A stretch of DNA of 64,000 nucleotides from Octopus bimaculoides (Eukaryota). The position numbers and the translations under genes are program-made. The stretch spans positions 34,277,304 through 34,341,303 of the forward strand of contig NC_068984.1 in the NCBI RefSeq assembly GCF_001194135.2, given 5' to 3'. The notes under the pieces were generated by a model, which made no database searches, was not told the origin of the DNA, and worked only from the letters and a program-made list of their open reading frames with translations. Positions 1-14,229 of the stretch are shown here, piece by piece (within the stretch, counting starts at the first letter, position 1; the number at the start of each line of letters is the position of its first letter).

Positions 1-39
1 AATCCTCAAAACGAAAAAACACGAAAACCAACAACGCGA

Positions 40-200
40 GGAGGTGGTACATGTAATGCATTAGCAAACGCTCAGGAAAAGAAAGAAAGATGGTTTAACG
101 TTTCGGGCAGATGATCTTCTTCGGAAACAGAGGAAGGTCCAATAGAAGGGAAGACGGAGGAAGAAAATCGCCAACGATTCACATGTGGTTACATTTTTAA
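40..200 (-). mobile_element. Penelope-like terminal-repeat remnant with degenerate hammerhead-like motif (96-126)
   Basis: Minus strand reads CCGAAGAAGATCATCTGCCCGAAACGTTAAACC..TTTTCCTGAGCGTTTGCTAATGCAT, similar to the copy at 24427-24505. Confidence 0.45.
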
Positions 201-1151
201 ATGACCGGAAGGGAATGGGTGAAGAAAAGGTTCTTTCTAAGACTGGAGTGGGTAAGAGATGAATGTATGTGCGTGTACGTGTGGGTATGTGCATGCGTGC
301 AAGTGTGTTTAATAGCAAGTATGTGTGCGTATGTGTTCTTATATGTTGTGTGCTTGTGTGTGTGGTTTTGACTGTTTATATGTGTATGTGTGAATGAAAT
401 TTGTGTCGTTTAATGTGGTAGGAAGAATTTAGTAGCAGAAGTGGCAGTGTTTTGTGTAGTGTGTCTTCACATGTGCGTCGGTGCGTCGGGGAATGATTTT
501 TCTTNNNNNNNNNNNNNNNNNNNNNNNNNNNNNNNNNNNNNNNNNNNNNNNNNNNNNNNNNNNNNNNNNNNNNNNNNNNNNNNNNNNNNNNNNNNNNNNN
601 NNNNNNNNNNNNNNNNNNNNNNNNNNNNNNNNNNNNNNNNNNNNNNNNNNNNNNNNNNNNNNNNNNNNNNNNNNNNNNNNNNNNNNNNNNNNNNNNNNNN
701 NNNNNNNNNNNNNNNNNNNNNNNNNNNNNNNNNNNNNNNNNNNNNNNNNNNNNNNNNNNNNNNNNNNNNNNNNNNNNNNNNNNNNNNNNNNNNNNNNNNN
801 NNNNNNNNNNNNNNNNNNNNNNNNNNNNNNNNNNNNNNNNNNNNNNNNNNNNNNNNNNNNNNNNNNNNNNNNNNNNNNNNNNNNNNNNNNNNNNNNNNNN
901 NNNNNNNNNNNNNNNNNNNNNNNNNNNNNNNNNNNNNNNNNNNNNNNNNNNNNNNNNNNNNNNNNNNNNNNNNNNNNNNNNNNNNNNNNNNNNNNNNNNN
1001 NNNNNNNNNNNNNNNNNNNNNNNNNNNNNNNNNNNNNNNNNNNNNNNNNNNNNNNNNNNNNNNNNNNNNNNNNNNNNNNNNNNNNNNNNNNNNNNNNNNN
1101 NNNNNNNNNNNNNNNNNNNNNNNNGAGACAGAGAGAGAGAGAGACAGAGAG

Positions 1152-1199
<48 letters not shown>

Positions 1200-1557
1200 T
1201 GGTTCCGGGTTCAGTCACACTGCGTGGCATCTTGGGCTAGTGTCTTCTACTATAGCCTATGGCCTCCGGCCGACCAAAGCCTAGTGAGTGGATTCGGTAG
1301 ACGGAAACTGAAAGAAGCCCGTCGTATATGTATGTGTGTGTCTGTTCGTGTCTCTGTGTTTGTCCCCGCACCATTGCTTGACAACCGATGTTGGTATGTT
1401 TATAACCCCGTAACTTATCGATTCAGCAAGAGACCGTAATGAGTACTAGGCTTGCTGAAAAAGATGTCCCGGGATCGACTTCTTCGGCTAAAATCCTTTA
1501 AGGCGATGCTCTAGCATTGCTGCAGTCAAATGATTGAAAAGTGTAAAAGAATAAAAG
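1200..1557 (+). mobile_element. tRNA-derived SINE, family A (head lost in N gap)
   Basis: GGTTCCGGGTTCAGTC B-box-like head, GGTAGACGGAAACTGAAAGAAGCCCGTCG body, internal TG microsatellite and (AAAAGA) tail; homologous to 22579-23072 and 31079-31560. Confidence 0.85.
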
Positions 1558-2014
1558 CATATACGATAGCAATGATCTAAGATAAATAACTCGAAATGGC
1601 CAGTGGCATGTATTTGTACAACTTGAACAAATACCGTTCAGTCTTAAAATGTCTTAAAAGAGAAATTCTTGATTAAATAAAATTCTTGTCGAATCTAGAG
1701 GGAGTATTTGTATTACCAAATGGAAATTATGAATAACTTGATTTGAGAAGGGGGAATAACGGCAAGATTCAAGGTTTCTTCAAATCTGACATCCAGTAAG
1801 GAAAGCGACAGGCCTATCTTAAGGAGTTATAAGGAGAGTTGTGGACTTTGGCTTCTGTTCATAACTGTCATCATGTCCACACTGTAAGTCTGGCCCTTTA
1901 CTTAGTGGCCTGCCAGTTTTTGTGAGATTTTGAACCTTAAGAATATTTTCATTCCCAAGAGGTGCTGGGCATAATTGCCAACCGACAATTATGATACCCC
2001 TTCTAGAAACGGAG

Positions 2015-2015
<1 letters not shown>

Positions 2016-2050
<35 letters not shown>

Positions 2051-2275
2051 GCTTAATGTCCGCTTTCCATGCTGGCATGGGTTGGAAAGTTTTACTGAGG
2101 ACTGGTAAGCCAAGAGGCTGCACCAGGCTCCAGTCTGATCTGGTAAAGTTTCTACAGCTGGATGCCTTTTCTAAGGCCAACCACTCCGAGAGTATAGTGG
2201 GTGCTTTTACGTGCCACCTTCACGGGAGCCAGTCAGGCGGCACTGGGATCGACTACGCTCGTATGGTATTTGACA
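2016..2275 (-). mobile_element. RTE-type 3' end (SINE or truncated LINE) with (GAT)n tail
   Basis: Minus strand ..AAGGCATCCAGCTGTAGAAAC..AACCCATGCCAGCATGGAAAGCGGACATTAAGC followed by (GAT)n, an RTE-style tail. Confidence 0.65.
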
Positions 2276-2925
2276 TACCGATCTTGATCTCTCTCTTTCT
2301 TTATATATGTATATACATATACATATACAAATACATATACATACATACATACACACATACATACATACATATNNNNNNNNNNNNNNNNNNNNNNNNNNNN
2401 NNNNNNNNNNNNNNNNNNNNNNNNNNNNNNNNNNNNNNNNNNNNNNNNNNNNNNNNNNNNNNNNNNNNNNNNGTGTGTGTGTGTGTGTGTTTATTTGTGT
2501 GTGTGCGCGCGTGCATACATAGAGAAATAAATAAGTGTAGGCATATACACATGCATACATCTGTATTATTCTCTACAGTCACAAACACACACACGTACAA
2601 ATACATATACACCCACAAACATGTATGTGTCTGTGTAATTGTATATAGATATAACTATTGTGGATGTGTATATATAAACAATATTATTAAGTATATGCTG
2701 TGACCTCTGTATGTGTGTTCGTGTATATATATATGTTTTTATACATATGTATATATATATATATGTGTGTATTTATAGATGTATATATATATGTGTGTGT
2801 GGTTGTGTGTGTGTAGTATTGTGCATACACATAATATTGCATACGTATGTACATATGTATTTGCGCACACATCAATTCACATCTACTCGCTTTATATACA
2901 TACATATTTATAAACACATAGGCGC

Positions 2926-2958
<33 letters not shown>

Positions 2959-2974
2959 TTACATGAATATATGT

Positions 2975-3017
<43 letters not shown>

Positions 3018-4583
3018 CACGTTCGTCAACTGTCAATTGGATTATTAAGAACGTTATTTATAAAATACCAAATTTGTTGTGAGAGAAACGCGACCTTGGA
3101 AACGTATGCTTTATAGCTTGATTTCACTATTTCTGGAACCAAACCATTATTCCGGTTATGAAAGCTAACTCATTCAACTTGACGCAATCTATCCGACTGG
3201 GGAACAGGTTATCAGCTCTCATTCATCATTGCCTGACATTTTAGAGAGCAGCTGCACATGGAAAATAGAAAGTTACTGACAATACAGCTTCAGAAACTGT
3301 TAATAGATATATGTATATGTGTTTTCGTATACATGATCATATATACATACGCGCACATATGAATATGTTTCTGCTTAAGCGGGTCTTTCAGCCGCTCGAT
3401 CGTTTTGGGTGGTGGTTTATAAAGTGTTTCAGGCTTGGTAAAGTATTTTAAGATGCTGCGTTCAGTAGTATGAGCCTTAACTTATTGTAAATAAGTACCG
3501 TAACGATTGAGAGGAAATTTCTTTTGTTTTGGGTGTATATTTTATGTGAAGTAACTTGAAATACCAAAGTCACACCCTTCCAAGTGTACATCATTTGGAG
3601 AGAAATGATTATTCCAATTCTAGTCGTACTACATTATATATTACATAAATATTTTCGTATTGTGTTTATGAGGAATTAGATAGTCTCAAATGAGTGTGTT
3701 GTGATGAAATTGTACTTGACATTAATCATTACTTACAATCAATTAATTAATTAATCAATCAATCAATCAAAGCCTTTAGCTGAGTGAATTGTACACGTAT
3801 AGCAAGAAACAAAGCCGTCGCCATCCGTCTTTTTTAGTCATCAACTACATTCAAGTCTCCACTCTCTTCCTCCCTATCTATTGTTGATATGGTTCGATCG
3901 CCTCATATCGTGGTCTTGTTTTTAATTTTTATTAGTGGTGTAGCGGTATTTTCCATAAGGGACCGTATTCACTTAAACCTCTTCCGTTTCTGCCTTTTAA
4001 TAATTTACAAAAAAGTTTCTTGGCACGGTTTTCCCAAAAGTTTCTTTCTTTTAATTTTCGTTAGTTCGTTGTTCCTTATATTCAATATGGGTTGGTATCC
4101 TTTTATAACATCTTGCAACATTTTTTACTGTTATCAACATACTATTAGTCAACACAGACAGTTGCTTACATAGAGATCTTGCAAGAATAACTTACATAGA
4201 ATAATTGTATAAGTCAAACATTATCAAATATTAAATAAAAACCAGTCAGAGGAAACAAGTGGTGAACTACGTCAGTTAAAAAAAAGAAATCAGTAAAATT
4301 CTCAAATTTCTGTAAGTACATATACCTTGGGGACTATACCGTACCGTGTTCAACATTTTCACATAACTCATTCTTCTGTATCTCCTTAAATTACACTGAC
4401 TTTCCCCCCAATAATTTGACTTTAATCCTATACTATTTATCCAACTAACCATGACTGAACAATCTTGAGTTTGCATCCTGTCTTCAGGCCAGATTTCTTG
4501 GTTTTTCTTACTGTATTCTCATCTTCCTATGGTTTATACAAATTAGCAAACGCTATCAAATAATGCCTGTTAACGCTAAAAAA

Positions 4584-4618
<35 letters not shown>

Positions 4619-5877
4619 AAATATTAAAAAAATAACGTTTATGCAGATTTCTCTCTATCAATTTAACCATCTGAACATGACTGACACTGACTTGAGAATG
4701 AGCAAGTTTTCCACTTATATATTAAATTCAAATACAATTATTGAATAAAAACGATACAAATATTTTGTTATTGATTACCATCAATAAAATTAATTAGATC
4801 AAACAATAGAAAATGACACATTCAAAGATAAATTTAGTAAAATGGGCAGAAACAAAAATATGCTAAATGATTCTGAAAATTTTGACAGTTGTTTAACCCT
4901 AGGTTTTCCGTTTGAACAGGCATATAGTCGAATATTTTCAAGTTGCATCAACATAATTATGACTACATCAACCAATATTTTCAACCAATTTTAAGGGGGC
5001 CGCTTGTAACATAGGGGAGCTTTGGCTTTATTGCTAGTTCACCGAGTAACCATTTAGAGGAGCCAGTAATCGATATGGTTCTAAGCATAATGTTAAATGG
5101 AGTAAATACTGGAATAAGTAAGACAGCACCTGCCAGACTCCATGATTGGTACAGCCATCACACGAAGAATAAATCACGAACATAAACACATAATACAGTT
5201 TTTAAAAAAATTGTGAATAGGGAAACATCTCTCTCACTCTTTGTCTGATATTTGATTCTGTGCTTGTGATATTAGTGCATTTATGTGTATGTATTTATCC
5301 AAAGGGGATTATACATTTGCGATTTACAGAAATGATTCTTAGTTATAAGTCTGGGCAGTTCTGAAATGTACTTTACTAAATATTTTCATTCAACACATCC
5401 CTCTACATCTGTTTGCGTCTTACTCATTTTCCGGTATACATTTCAATCATTTGATTATTTTCCTATCAAAGTAAGAGTTCATAATATTCAATATTTAGCA
5501 TCCCACTTTTTAAAGTCAAGAACTGTAAATGTAAAGTGAAGATGATTTCCCAGTTCCTTTCGCTAGTTCTTTTCTTTTTTCTAAATGGTTTTCTTACTGT
5601 AACAAACCAAATTAATAATTTATATGTTCTCTTCTCTTCAGAAATTATATCTAAAATTTAATCTTGTCGTCTGCAAGCTAATCAGAATCGGAGAATAGGT
5701 AATTCATTTATTTCTCTTACACGAACTGCCGTTCAGTTTGGTATTATTAAGATTATTACTGATTGCAATTGGTAGTTTTCTACAAACGAGAGGATACTAG
5801 ACTAAATGTTGGCATTCTGAATGTTGGCATTCTAAATCCAAATGAGATTGACATTGGCTTGACCAAGTTCAATAAAA

Positions 5878-6098
5878 TACGAAGGGATGCTGGAAAGTAT
5901 CTGGCATTATGACTGTTGTGAAAGGCCTGGTTAGAGGCCCAACATTCTTAATTTTGTTACAGGGTTTAGAAGAACTAAAGGGCCGCTGCAATAAGTGTGT
6001 GGATCTGAGAGGTGAACATGTCGAGTAAAATCATAATTAACTGATCTTCCTGAATTTTCTTTTACTCAAAGCCAGGAAACTTCCAGCACCCTCTCGTA
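5878..6098 (+). mobile_element. Mariner-derived MITE / internal-deletion derivative
   Basis: TA..TA flanks and about 26-bp imperfect TIRs (CGAAGGGATGCTGGAAAGTATCTGGC / GCCAGGAAACTTCCAGCACCCTCTCG). Interior encodes a mariner transposase C-terminus, LQGLEELKGRCNKCVDLRGEHVE*. A second copy lies at 33836. Confidence 0.8.
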
Positions 6099-6636
6099 CG
6101 TAGCAGTCAAAGAGTCTCAAAACAAGAAACTATCAGCAACATCATCGCCATCACCTCTTTCACCCTCTGCAACAACAGCATTAACTGCACACAATAATAA
6201 TAACAGCATGAATTGGCAGACAGCTCTTGCCGAAATGCTTCTTGGTATTTAATCCCATACCTTTGCGTTCTGAGTTCAAATTTCGACGATGTCGACTTTG
6301 TCACTCATACCAAATCATACAAATATCAGCGAAATAAAACGATGTCCATGACGTCCGTTGCAATCCTTTTTCTAAATTTGCAAACTTTTATTAATATTGG
6401 AAAACTGTAGTATAACTACTATTGTGTTTGCTGGAGGTAGTTGTGTTGTAGTTTTTTTGCTGCAACTGACGTTGTTATTACGGTAGATGAGATGATGTAC
6501 TAAGTCCACAGTTGTTTACTGAAGTTCGCCAGAAAATAATGAACGTCACAATAGCCCTTGCTCTCTTTATGGCTACATATCTTTCATACGCTTCTATTTG
6601 TATTTTTATTTGCATTTTCTCCAGCTGCTGCTACTG

Positions 6637-6708
<72 letters not shown>

Positions 6709-6809
6709 TTGTTCTGTTTATTAGTTGCTTGTAATTCTGAATTCCATATATGCAGTATTTCCATTGACAAATATATACATCAGATTCATATCCATTAGCA
6801 TTTCATTCT

Positions 6810-6850
<41 letters not shown>

Positions 6851-8084
6851 CGAACACACGAACACACGCACACACGCACGCACGCACTTACCCACCCAAC
6901 AACCCACACACACCCACTTAAAGAAAAAATACTGTTTCTCTAAAACATATTTCTATCAGAATATAAAGGGACACAGAGATAGAAAATAGAAAAAAATATC
7001 ATTCCAATATTTTGCTATTCATTTCAGTTCTATGTTTGAGCTGTGTAAGTCGCGTAGTTGTTGTTGTTGTATCAGTTGTATGAGGTTGTAATTTAGAAAA
7101 AAATCCCCTCTTATTTCGTTTCGTACTTTGTGCTGCAAAAGATGTTGTTGGTGTTATCATCATCATCATCATCATCATCATCACTATTTTATATTATTAC
7201 TATTATTATTATTATTATTATTGAAACTTATCTTTATTATTTCATAACTTCAATTTAACTTAAAATTCTATGTATGTATATACGTGTACACACAAACACA
7301 CACACATACACACACACACATCAATAAAATTACAGAACGGAGAATAAAATTCAAAGGGAAAAGAAAAAAAATGTTACGTGTTCTGATATGGGTGAACATT
7401 TTTGCCAACATCACATAATTCTGTATTTGGTTTGGGATCCTAATGTAATATTAGAACTAACATATTAAATACACACATAAAAAGAAAATTGCATATATTA
7501 AAGTTTTGAGTAATTTTTTTTAAATAGTTTGTATTGAATTCTGTTTTCATTCTATATCTCTATTGCTTCTATCGTGTTTGTATATACGTGTGTATGAATG
7601 CGCGTGAGTATTACATGTTTATTTGACTGTGTTTGTATGTCTGTGTTTTAAATGTATTTGTATTTCGTATATTTCACAAATGCATTTATATTTAGTTTAT
7701 TATCAACATCACAGCCCTCATAACATTTATAAACACAAATATGCTACTACACACAAAACGACACGCCTACACACACAGACGCACACACAGACACATTTGG
7801 TGTGATGTTTTATAATTCATTGAACTTTTAAGATTACGGACTTGTCAATATTAGTTAAATGTAGATTTTAGTAAAATACGTATTAACTGCAAATAGATTT
7901 ATTCCCACTAGCAGTTTCGTTTCAGCGGCAAATATTTTCATTTGTAGCCACCGTTTCGTCTTCAAGCCACACTTACAGTAATATCAATGACTGCATATAT
8001 TAATAAGACGTCACTCATTTTGGGGCATGGTATAATCAAGTTTATTGAAACCGGAATGAAGGAAAGTAATGTCGATATTGGATG

Positions 8085-8195
<111 letters not shown>

Positions 8196-10469
8196 TCTCT
8201 CTCTATATCTATCTATCTATCTATCTTCAACATGAAGCACAGATGTTAAATAAAGATGATATATTACACGCGCGCGCATATATACACATACATGCAGTGG
8301 TTTATAAGGCGACGCTCATACCACCAAATGTTTTCACGAAGAAACTACAGCGAGTCAACATCCCCATTGGAATTTCATTACTATATTTTCCTCTTACTCC
8401 AAATACACAGGAATTTCTACTTCCCTTAGTTAAAGTAATGCATCAACATTTTCTTCAAGTATTAATTAACGGTAGGAGTAATAGCATAAAAGATTTCTAG
8501 GATCTCATTGTGTAGTGGTTGCAAAAGTTGTTATTTTCTGGGTATAAACTATCCTTACATAAAGAATTTCACCCCGAGTATTATGCCANNNNNNNNNNNN
8601 NNNNNNNNNNNNNNNNNNNNNNNNNNNNNNNNNNNNNNNNNNNNNNNNNNNNNNNNNNNNNNNNNNNNNNNNNNNNNNNNNNNNNNNNNNNNNNNNNNNN
8701 NNNNNNNNNNNNNNNNNNNNNNNNNNNNNNNNNNNNNNNNNNNNNNNNNNNNNNNNNNNNNNNNNNNNNNNNNNNNNNNNNNNNNNNNNNNNNNNNNNNN
8801 NNNNNNNNNNNNNNNNNNNNNNNNNNNNNNNNNNNNNNNNNATAGATATAGATATATATATATACACACAAACACATTTATAAATATACATTGATATATA
8901 CTTTCACTCATACCGAAAAGTACACACTTCCATACATACGTATTTTTTTATATGTATGTATCTATAGTTTACGCAATGAATTATACTGGAAGTTGCTTGG
9001 GAGACAAACACTCAAATCTCTATCAACTAACAAATGCAAACAGAATATGTGATATGTGATTATTTTTTGTAGTATGTTTCTCTGCACGTGAGTTTTGCCA
9101 ACTCTTTCTGTGGACTTCTTTGGAAACAAATCTATCTGCTATTTATCGTCATTAATTATGCTAACAAAACTAGAAATATCTAAGAGCAACACACGCGAAA
9201 TATGGCACTCATTGTATAGTCTTCAAATGAATTAATTTTCATATCACACTTCTTCAACAAACGCATATCCTTGCATATTTTGGGATGTTAATCATAAAGC
9301 TATAGCAACATTGTAGTTGTCTATTGTGTGTATCTTTTACAAACATTGATATTGGAACATAGATATTTTGATTTATTATGCCTTGAGAACATTCTTTAAA
9401 CAGCATTCCTCTTGGACAGTATCGATAACATTAGAAAAGAAGGCATACAAGGTTGAGCAACTACTGATCTTATGTAAGAAAGCTTCTCAAGGCCTTCACC
9501 ATTGGTGAAGAACTTTCTAAATGAAAATCGTGCAAGATATAGGAAACAGATATTTTCCATGTCACACTCTACTGACCCAGAAAGTAAAGGTTACATTGGC
9601 TAATGCATTTCTAAATGCAGAGTACCTGAGAAAAGGTATTTCAAAATGTTTTTGAAATGCCTCTGATCATACTTCTACATCTTCAGTGATGTCTTTAAGA
9701 TACATAAAAATCACGGCATATACATGCATTCATGCAAGCATACATATACACGTACATGCGCCCATAAATATGCGTATGTATATATGTCTATGAGAGAGGG
9801 GAAAATTAATTACTCGATACAGAAACAGCAGTATGTCACCTCTCCAAAACTCCCAGCAAGAAGATAAATACAGTTAAGATCTGAAGTTTGTATCGAGATT
9901 GAACTTTTAAAGATAAGACACTCATCTCGAACTATAGTAGTTAGGATGAGACAAACGTCACATTTGTATTAGATAACAGAATTCAAAGAATTAATATATG
10001 AAGGAAGAAATATTTTCTGTTGTTATCCAGAAGTTCAGTAAAACACAATCAGAATTAATGATTACTCATTAAGTATTTAATAAATTAGTAATTTCGAACT
10101 ACAAAGGAAGGCTTTCTGAATCTAACATTTATATCTACTCTTCACGTGCTTAGATTAAGTATTGCATCGAGGAAAGACAATTATTTTTGTTACCCGTTAA
10201 TCTTCACTTATTAGAATTTAGTGATTTATCAAGTAATTTACTCTATCGTATGAGATTTAATATCGTGCACAAATCGTAAATTATATTATATGTTATCTTA
10301 AATAAGATTGCTTAGAGTTTTGCTACATCTTTATCCAATTATGCAAAGTTTGTTATTCTACAAAATTATGGAAGGAAAAGGTGACTGCTAATTTGAATTG
10401 ACGTAGGACTAAACAACAGCAATAACACACACATACACACACACACACACACACATACACGCATACATG

Positions 10470-10790
10470 AAAGTGCGAGGCCTAATTATGTGTTGAACTC
10501 ACGATCATAAGTTCGTTGGTTCTATTTCTTGGCCGGGCAATGCGTTGTGTCTTCGACTACGGCATAACAATTCCCATTGCTCTAGTTTACGCAGGTGAAA
10601 ATTAACACCGTTTTCTCTGTTTCCATCGTCAATGTTTCGCTGAGACAAGGATATCAGTGTCAAGGGGTTGCTTATGTCTGCTCACGGCTACATAGATACG
10701 TAAAAAAGGTTAGTGGAGATGCGGTACAACCTGCCAGGTCATACAATCCTACGTGTGAGGGTTAAACAAGTATTGGAACTGCGCTCACTC
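10470..10790 (+). mobile_element. Degenerate tRNA-headed SINE (family C, CORE-like)
   Basis: tRNA-like head followed by GCGTTGTGTCTT..TTGCTCTAGTTTAC.CAG.TGAAAA, resembling 39170-39445. Confidence 0.4.
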
Positions 10791-11247
10791 GGTGGCTCAT
10801 TCTATGTGTAGATGTTTTAAATATTGTAAAATGCAATTCAATTTAGTCAACTTTGCCTTTCATTCTTCCGGAGTCGATTAAATAATTTACTTGTCAATGA
10901 ATGCGGATTGAAGGAATGGCGTTAAAGGTTTAACTGAAGGTTTTGTGAAATATATTCCGGCCATTTACCTCCTGTGTTCGCTCGCGATAACAGTGACGTG
11001 CGGCTGTATTAGTCGTTGCGTGGAGAGAGTGAAACTTAAGATATGGGCAATTTTATTTTTTCATAAAAAGAAAACTCGCAGGCGTGTGTTTCAGAGTAGG
11101 ATCCGTCGGGTACAGATAAACGGTTATCCATAAAAATGCAAACTTTGGAAATGTGACTAACATAAGAAACAATTCAATGAAGACAAAAGTAAAAAGATTC
11201 TATTTTTTTTTAATATTTCTTATTTTAAAATAAAGATTGATACTTAC

Positions 11248-11376
11248 ATTGTACGGATACTTTAATCTGTCTGCTGACTGTAGGTGGTACACCGTTAAAA
11301 GCAACACATTCATAAATATCATCACAATACCGAGAGATATTGCGAATTTTTAACACTTCTCCACTCATACCGATTT
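11248..11376 (-). CDS. Internal exon (phase 1 to 1, 129 nt) of a lachesin/IgLON/DIP-like Ig cell-adhesion gene; C-terminal half of Ig domain 2
   Basis: Strong acceptor (ATTTTCTTTTTTTTCTTGCAG) and GTAAGT donor. Translates xIGMSGEVLKIRNISRYCDDIYECVAFNGVPPTVSRQIKVSVQ(F), with the Ig F-strand DxxYEC motif and the NGVPP..S..I.V.V-F signature of lachesin/DIP/IgLON Ig2. Missed by the ORF track. Confidence 0.9.
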
Positions 11377-11737
11377 CTGCAAGAAAAAAAGAAAATACAA
11401 TCTGTAACGCATTTATATTTTAGATTAAAATAATAATGACAATGATAATAAGCACTTAAATAAATAAATAAATACATAAATGATGGAACACATAAATAAA
11501 TGCTTTGAAAGCGTGAAATTCTTGGCTCGGCTGTAAATACTGCATATCTAAATATTTACCTGTTCTTTAATTCAGAAATTTTTCGGGTCATTAGAAATGT
11601 CAATATTTAGAAAGGATGAAATGGACGACCTGAATTAAGTTGCAAAGTTGAGTTAATATATATAAAACCATTAATTAATCAATCAGTTAATTGATAAATT
11701 AATAAATCAATTATTATTATTATTTATATTATTATCA

Positions 11738-11801
<64 letters not shown>

Positions 11802-11808
11802 CATTATC

Positions 11809-12010
11809 CAAGCTGGCAGAAAATTTAGGATTGCCGGGCAAAATGCTTGGCGGTATTTCGAGAAGCCTTACGTATTTACTTCAAATTCCGCCGAGTCAAC
11901 TCTGCCTTTCATCCTTTCGGGTTCGATAAAATAAGTACTTGTTGGGCACTGGGGCTGAGGTTATCGACATAACCCCCGAACTTGCTGGCCTTCTGCCAAA
12001 ATTTGAAAAC
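11809..12010 (+). mobile_element. tRNA-derived SINE, family B
   Basis: AGCTGGCAGAA..CCGGGCAAAATGCTTGGCGGTATTTCG..TTCAAATTCCGCCGAG..GCCTTTCATCCTTTCGGG.TCGATAAAATAAGTAC; many homologues in the window. Confidence 0.85.
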
Positions 12011-12069
12011 ATTATTATTATTGTTGTTGTTGTTGCTGTTGTTGTTATTGTTGTTGTTATTATTATTAC

Positions 12070-12138
<69 letters not shown>

Positions 12139-13879
12139 TACTACTACTACTACTACTACACTGCGAGCGTTTGAGAAAGCAGGGTATTTTAATCACTCGT
12201 CTTTGTTTGTCTGTGTCTTTGCAAAATAACTGAAAAACGGCTGAACGCATTCTCACCAAATTTAACAGAAATACTTATTGGGTGAGTGGGTGGAAATGAT
12301 GAAACTTTGGTTTGATTATCGTCAAGGTTGAAGATAATCCTATAGACCAACATCAGTTCTGTTAGATTCCTCATTGAAGACGGTACTCGTACCTGTGTTC
12401 TCAATTCTCGGTTGAAAGTATTTGCTTAATATCTTTGCATTTATCACTTTACTTTGAGACTAAAAAATATGCTGTTTCCTAATAAAAAGCTTACAATCTT
12501 TATATCATATAAGCTTGAAAATTAGTGCTGTCGAACTGTAGAACAAATTAACGTGAAGTAACCAGTGAAACATCCATTCATGCACTCATCTTCTGTCCGT
12601 AAGTTTTGATATCATTACATTGAGATGTATGCATGAAATTTTCTTCAATGCTTCATTTTGGTGTCAGTCAAGCGACGATATCAAAATATTCTGATATTAT
12701 CCTGATATCATCACATCTTTCATCAACAACGAACAATATATTATATTTTCTAGTATATAATAACTGTATAAAAGTCATTGACCTCACTCTAAATGAATTA
12801 TATAAATATAAGATGATACTTATGTCGGTCCATTTTGATACATATGATATCCACACACATTCGCATAGTCGTTCAGTAATCAAAAGTTAGGCACTTGTAT
12901 ATTTGTCAATAAAGCGAGCTTATTAATAGGTTGAGGCACATTTGAGCTCGACTCAACATTTTGTTGGCTGAAACACGTTTAGGGCTTGACTAATTTAAAT
13001 ATATAGAGTATTATAAATCCATTTCAACTGACCTTACCAAACCGTTTCGCATACAAGTTAAGTGATAACCTAAGACGGCACCTGTCAGGGCAGTAGGCGT
13101 TGAAATAATAGAGATCACACATTTGTATCATATTTGTGTTCTTTTTACACGTTTTCTACAGCCGCTCTACAGTGCAACATATTGGCATTTACCTTCTCGG
13201 CTACATGTTCTTAATTTCCTCCTTCGGATTTTATGCTATCAGATTAAACTTTTCCACTGACTTCTTTTTCATGAACACATGCCTCACATAAAACGTTCGC
13301 TTTTGCGCCAATTCGCGCATTTCCGGAAAATTCTCTTTTTATTCATTAATCATAACATGCTTTTCAATTACACACGCGCTCGCGTGCACTCAAACGCTCA
13401 TCGATGTTCACACTGCACATCCGTTCAACCACTGAAAACCACCCTACACCATATCTCCGACACATATATTCACAAATGCAAACACTCTCACATGCACACA
13501 CTTCCTTTCTACCGACCTAGCAATCAGACACATACCGACATGACCGTTACATTTGCATTAATGTCACCAATTTACAGATTTACAAAACCCCCAAAAAGAT
13601 ATATAACCTAAATCACAGACAATTACATTCCTCACTTTATATTTGCTACAAAGCACAGGTACACTAATGGAAATACCTAAACTCCTGCTCCTATCTCTTT
13701 TAAGTCCACTTCATTCAAGAGTATTCCCACTGAAATGTAAACCCATCACAATTCTACTTTTCTCCCAAATATTTTAATATCGTTTTACANNNNNNNNNNN
13801 NNNNNNNNNNNNNNNNNNNNNNNNNNNNNNNNNNNNNNNNNNNNNNNNNNNNNNNNNNNNNNNNNNNNNNNNNNNTATA

Positions 13880-14140
13880 TATATAAATTAGTATAAAAAG
13901 CAGTTTGCAATGTTTCACCAAAAAAAAAAAGGAGAATTACAAATGTCACTAAATGCGACTAGGGTGTTAAGAAACACCTACATTGCTAGAACACATTAGT
14001 GAATCGCTAAATCATCCAATTATTTGGACGGCGAAAACATAAATACTAATGTCGAAGCGAGTCCGGGAATAGGCGAAGACGATCTGTTTTAGCTGGTGAG
14101 GCAACGGAAATTGCCGAAACTGACGCGTCATTATTAAGAA
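13880..14140 (+). mobile_element. PLE-related terminal-repeat remnant with hammerhead-like motif (14093-14130)
   Basis: Start is homologous to 17010-17110, which follows the PLE at 16.5 kb. Contains CTGGTGA-GGCAA-CGGAAA-TTGCC-GAAAC-TGACGC-GTC. Confidence 0.45.
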
Positions 14141-14229
14141 TTCTCGATTAGCACTTTTCGGATGATTATGGTCCCTGTGCGTGTATATGCTTTCATTAAT
14201 GTATATTAACTACAGTATTAGAGAGGTTT

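Noticed and set aside
4799-4875. Hydrophobic minus-strand tail (ESFSIFLFLPILLNLSLNVSFSIV*) as a possible GPI-signal exon
   Set aside because: AT-rich sequence gives such hydrophobic runs by chance, and no intervening Ig3 exon was found.
8555-8588. WHNTRGEILY|GTAAGG beside an N gap, as a possible Ig3 exon tail
   Set aside because: Only 10 codons are visible and there is no diagnostic Ig motif; cannot be supported unless the gap is closed.
9480-9525. KAFTIGEEL, reminiscent of Buster/hAT transposase KPHTIGEEL
   Set aside because: Single short motif; the flanking translation does not continue the family pattern.
12945-12990. Hammerhead-like CTCAAC/GTTG-GCT-GAAAC-ACGT
   Set aside because: The CUGANGA core is absent and there is no PLE context.
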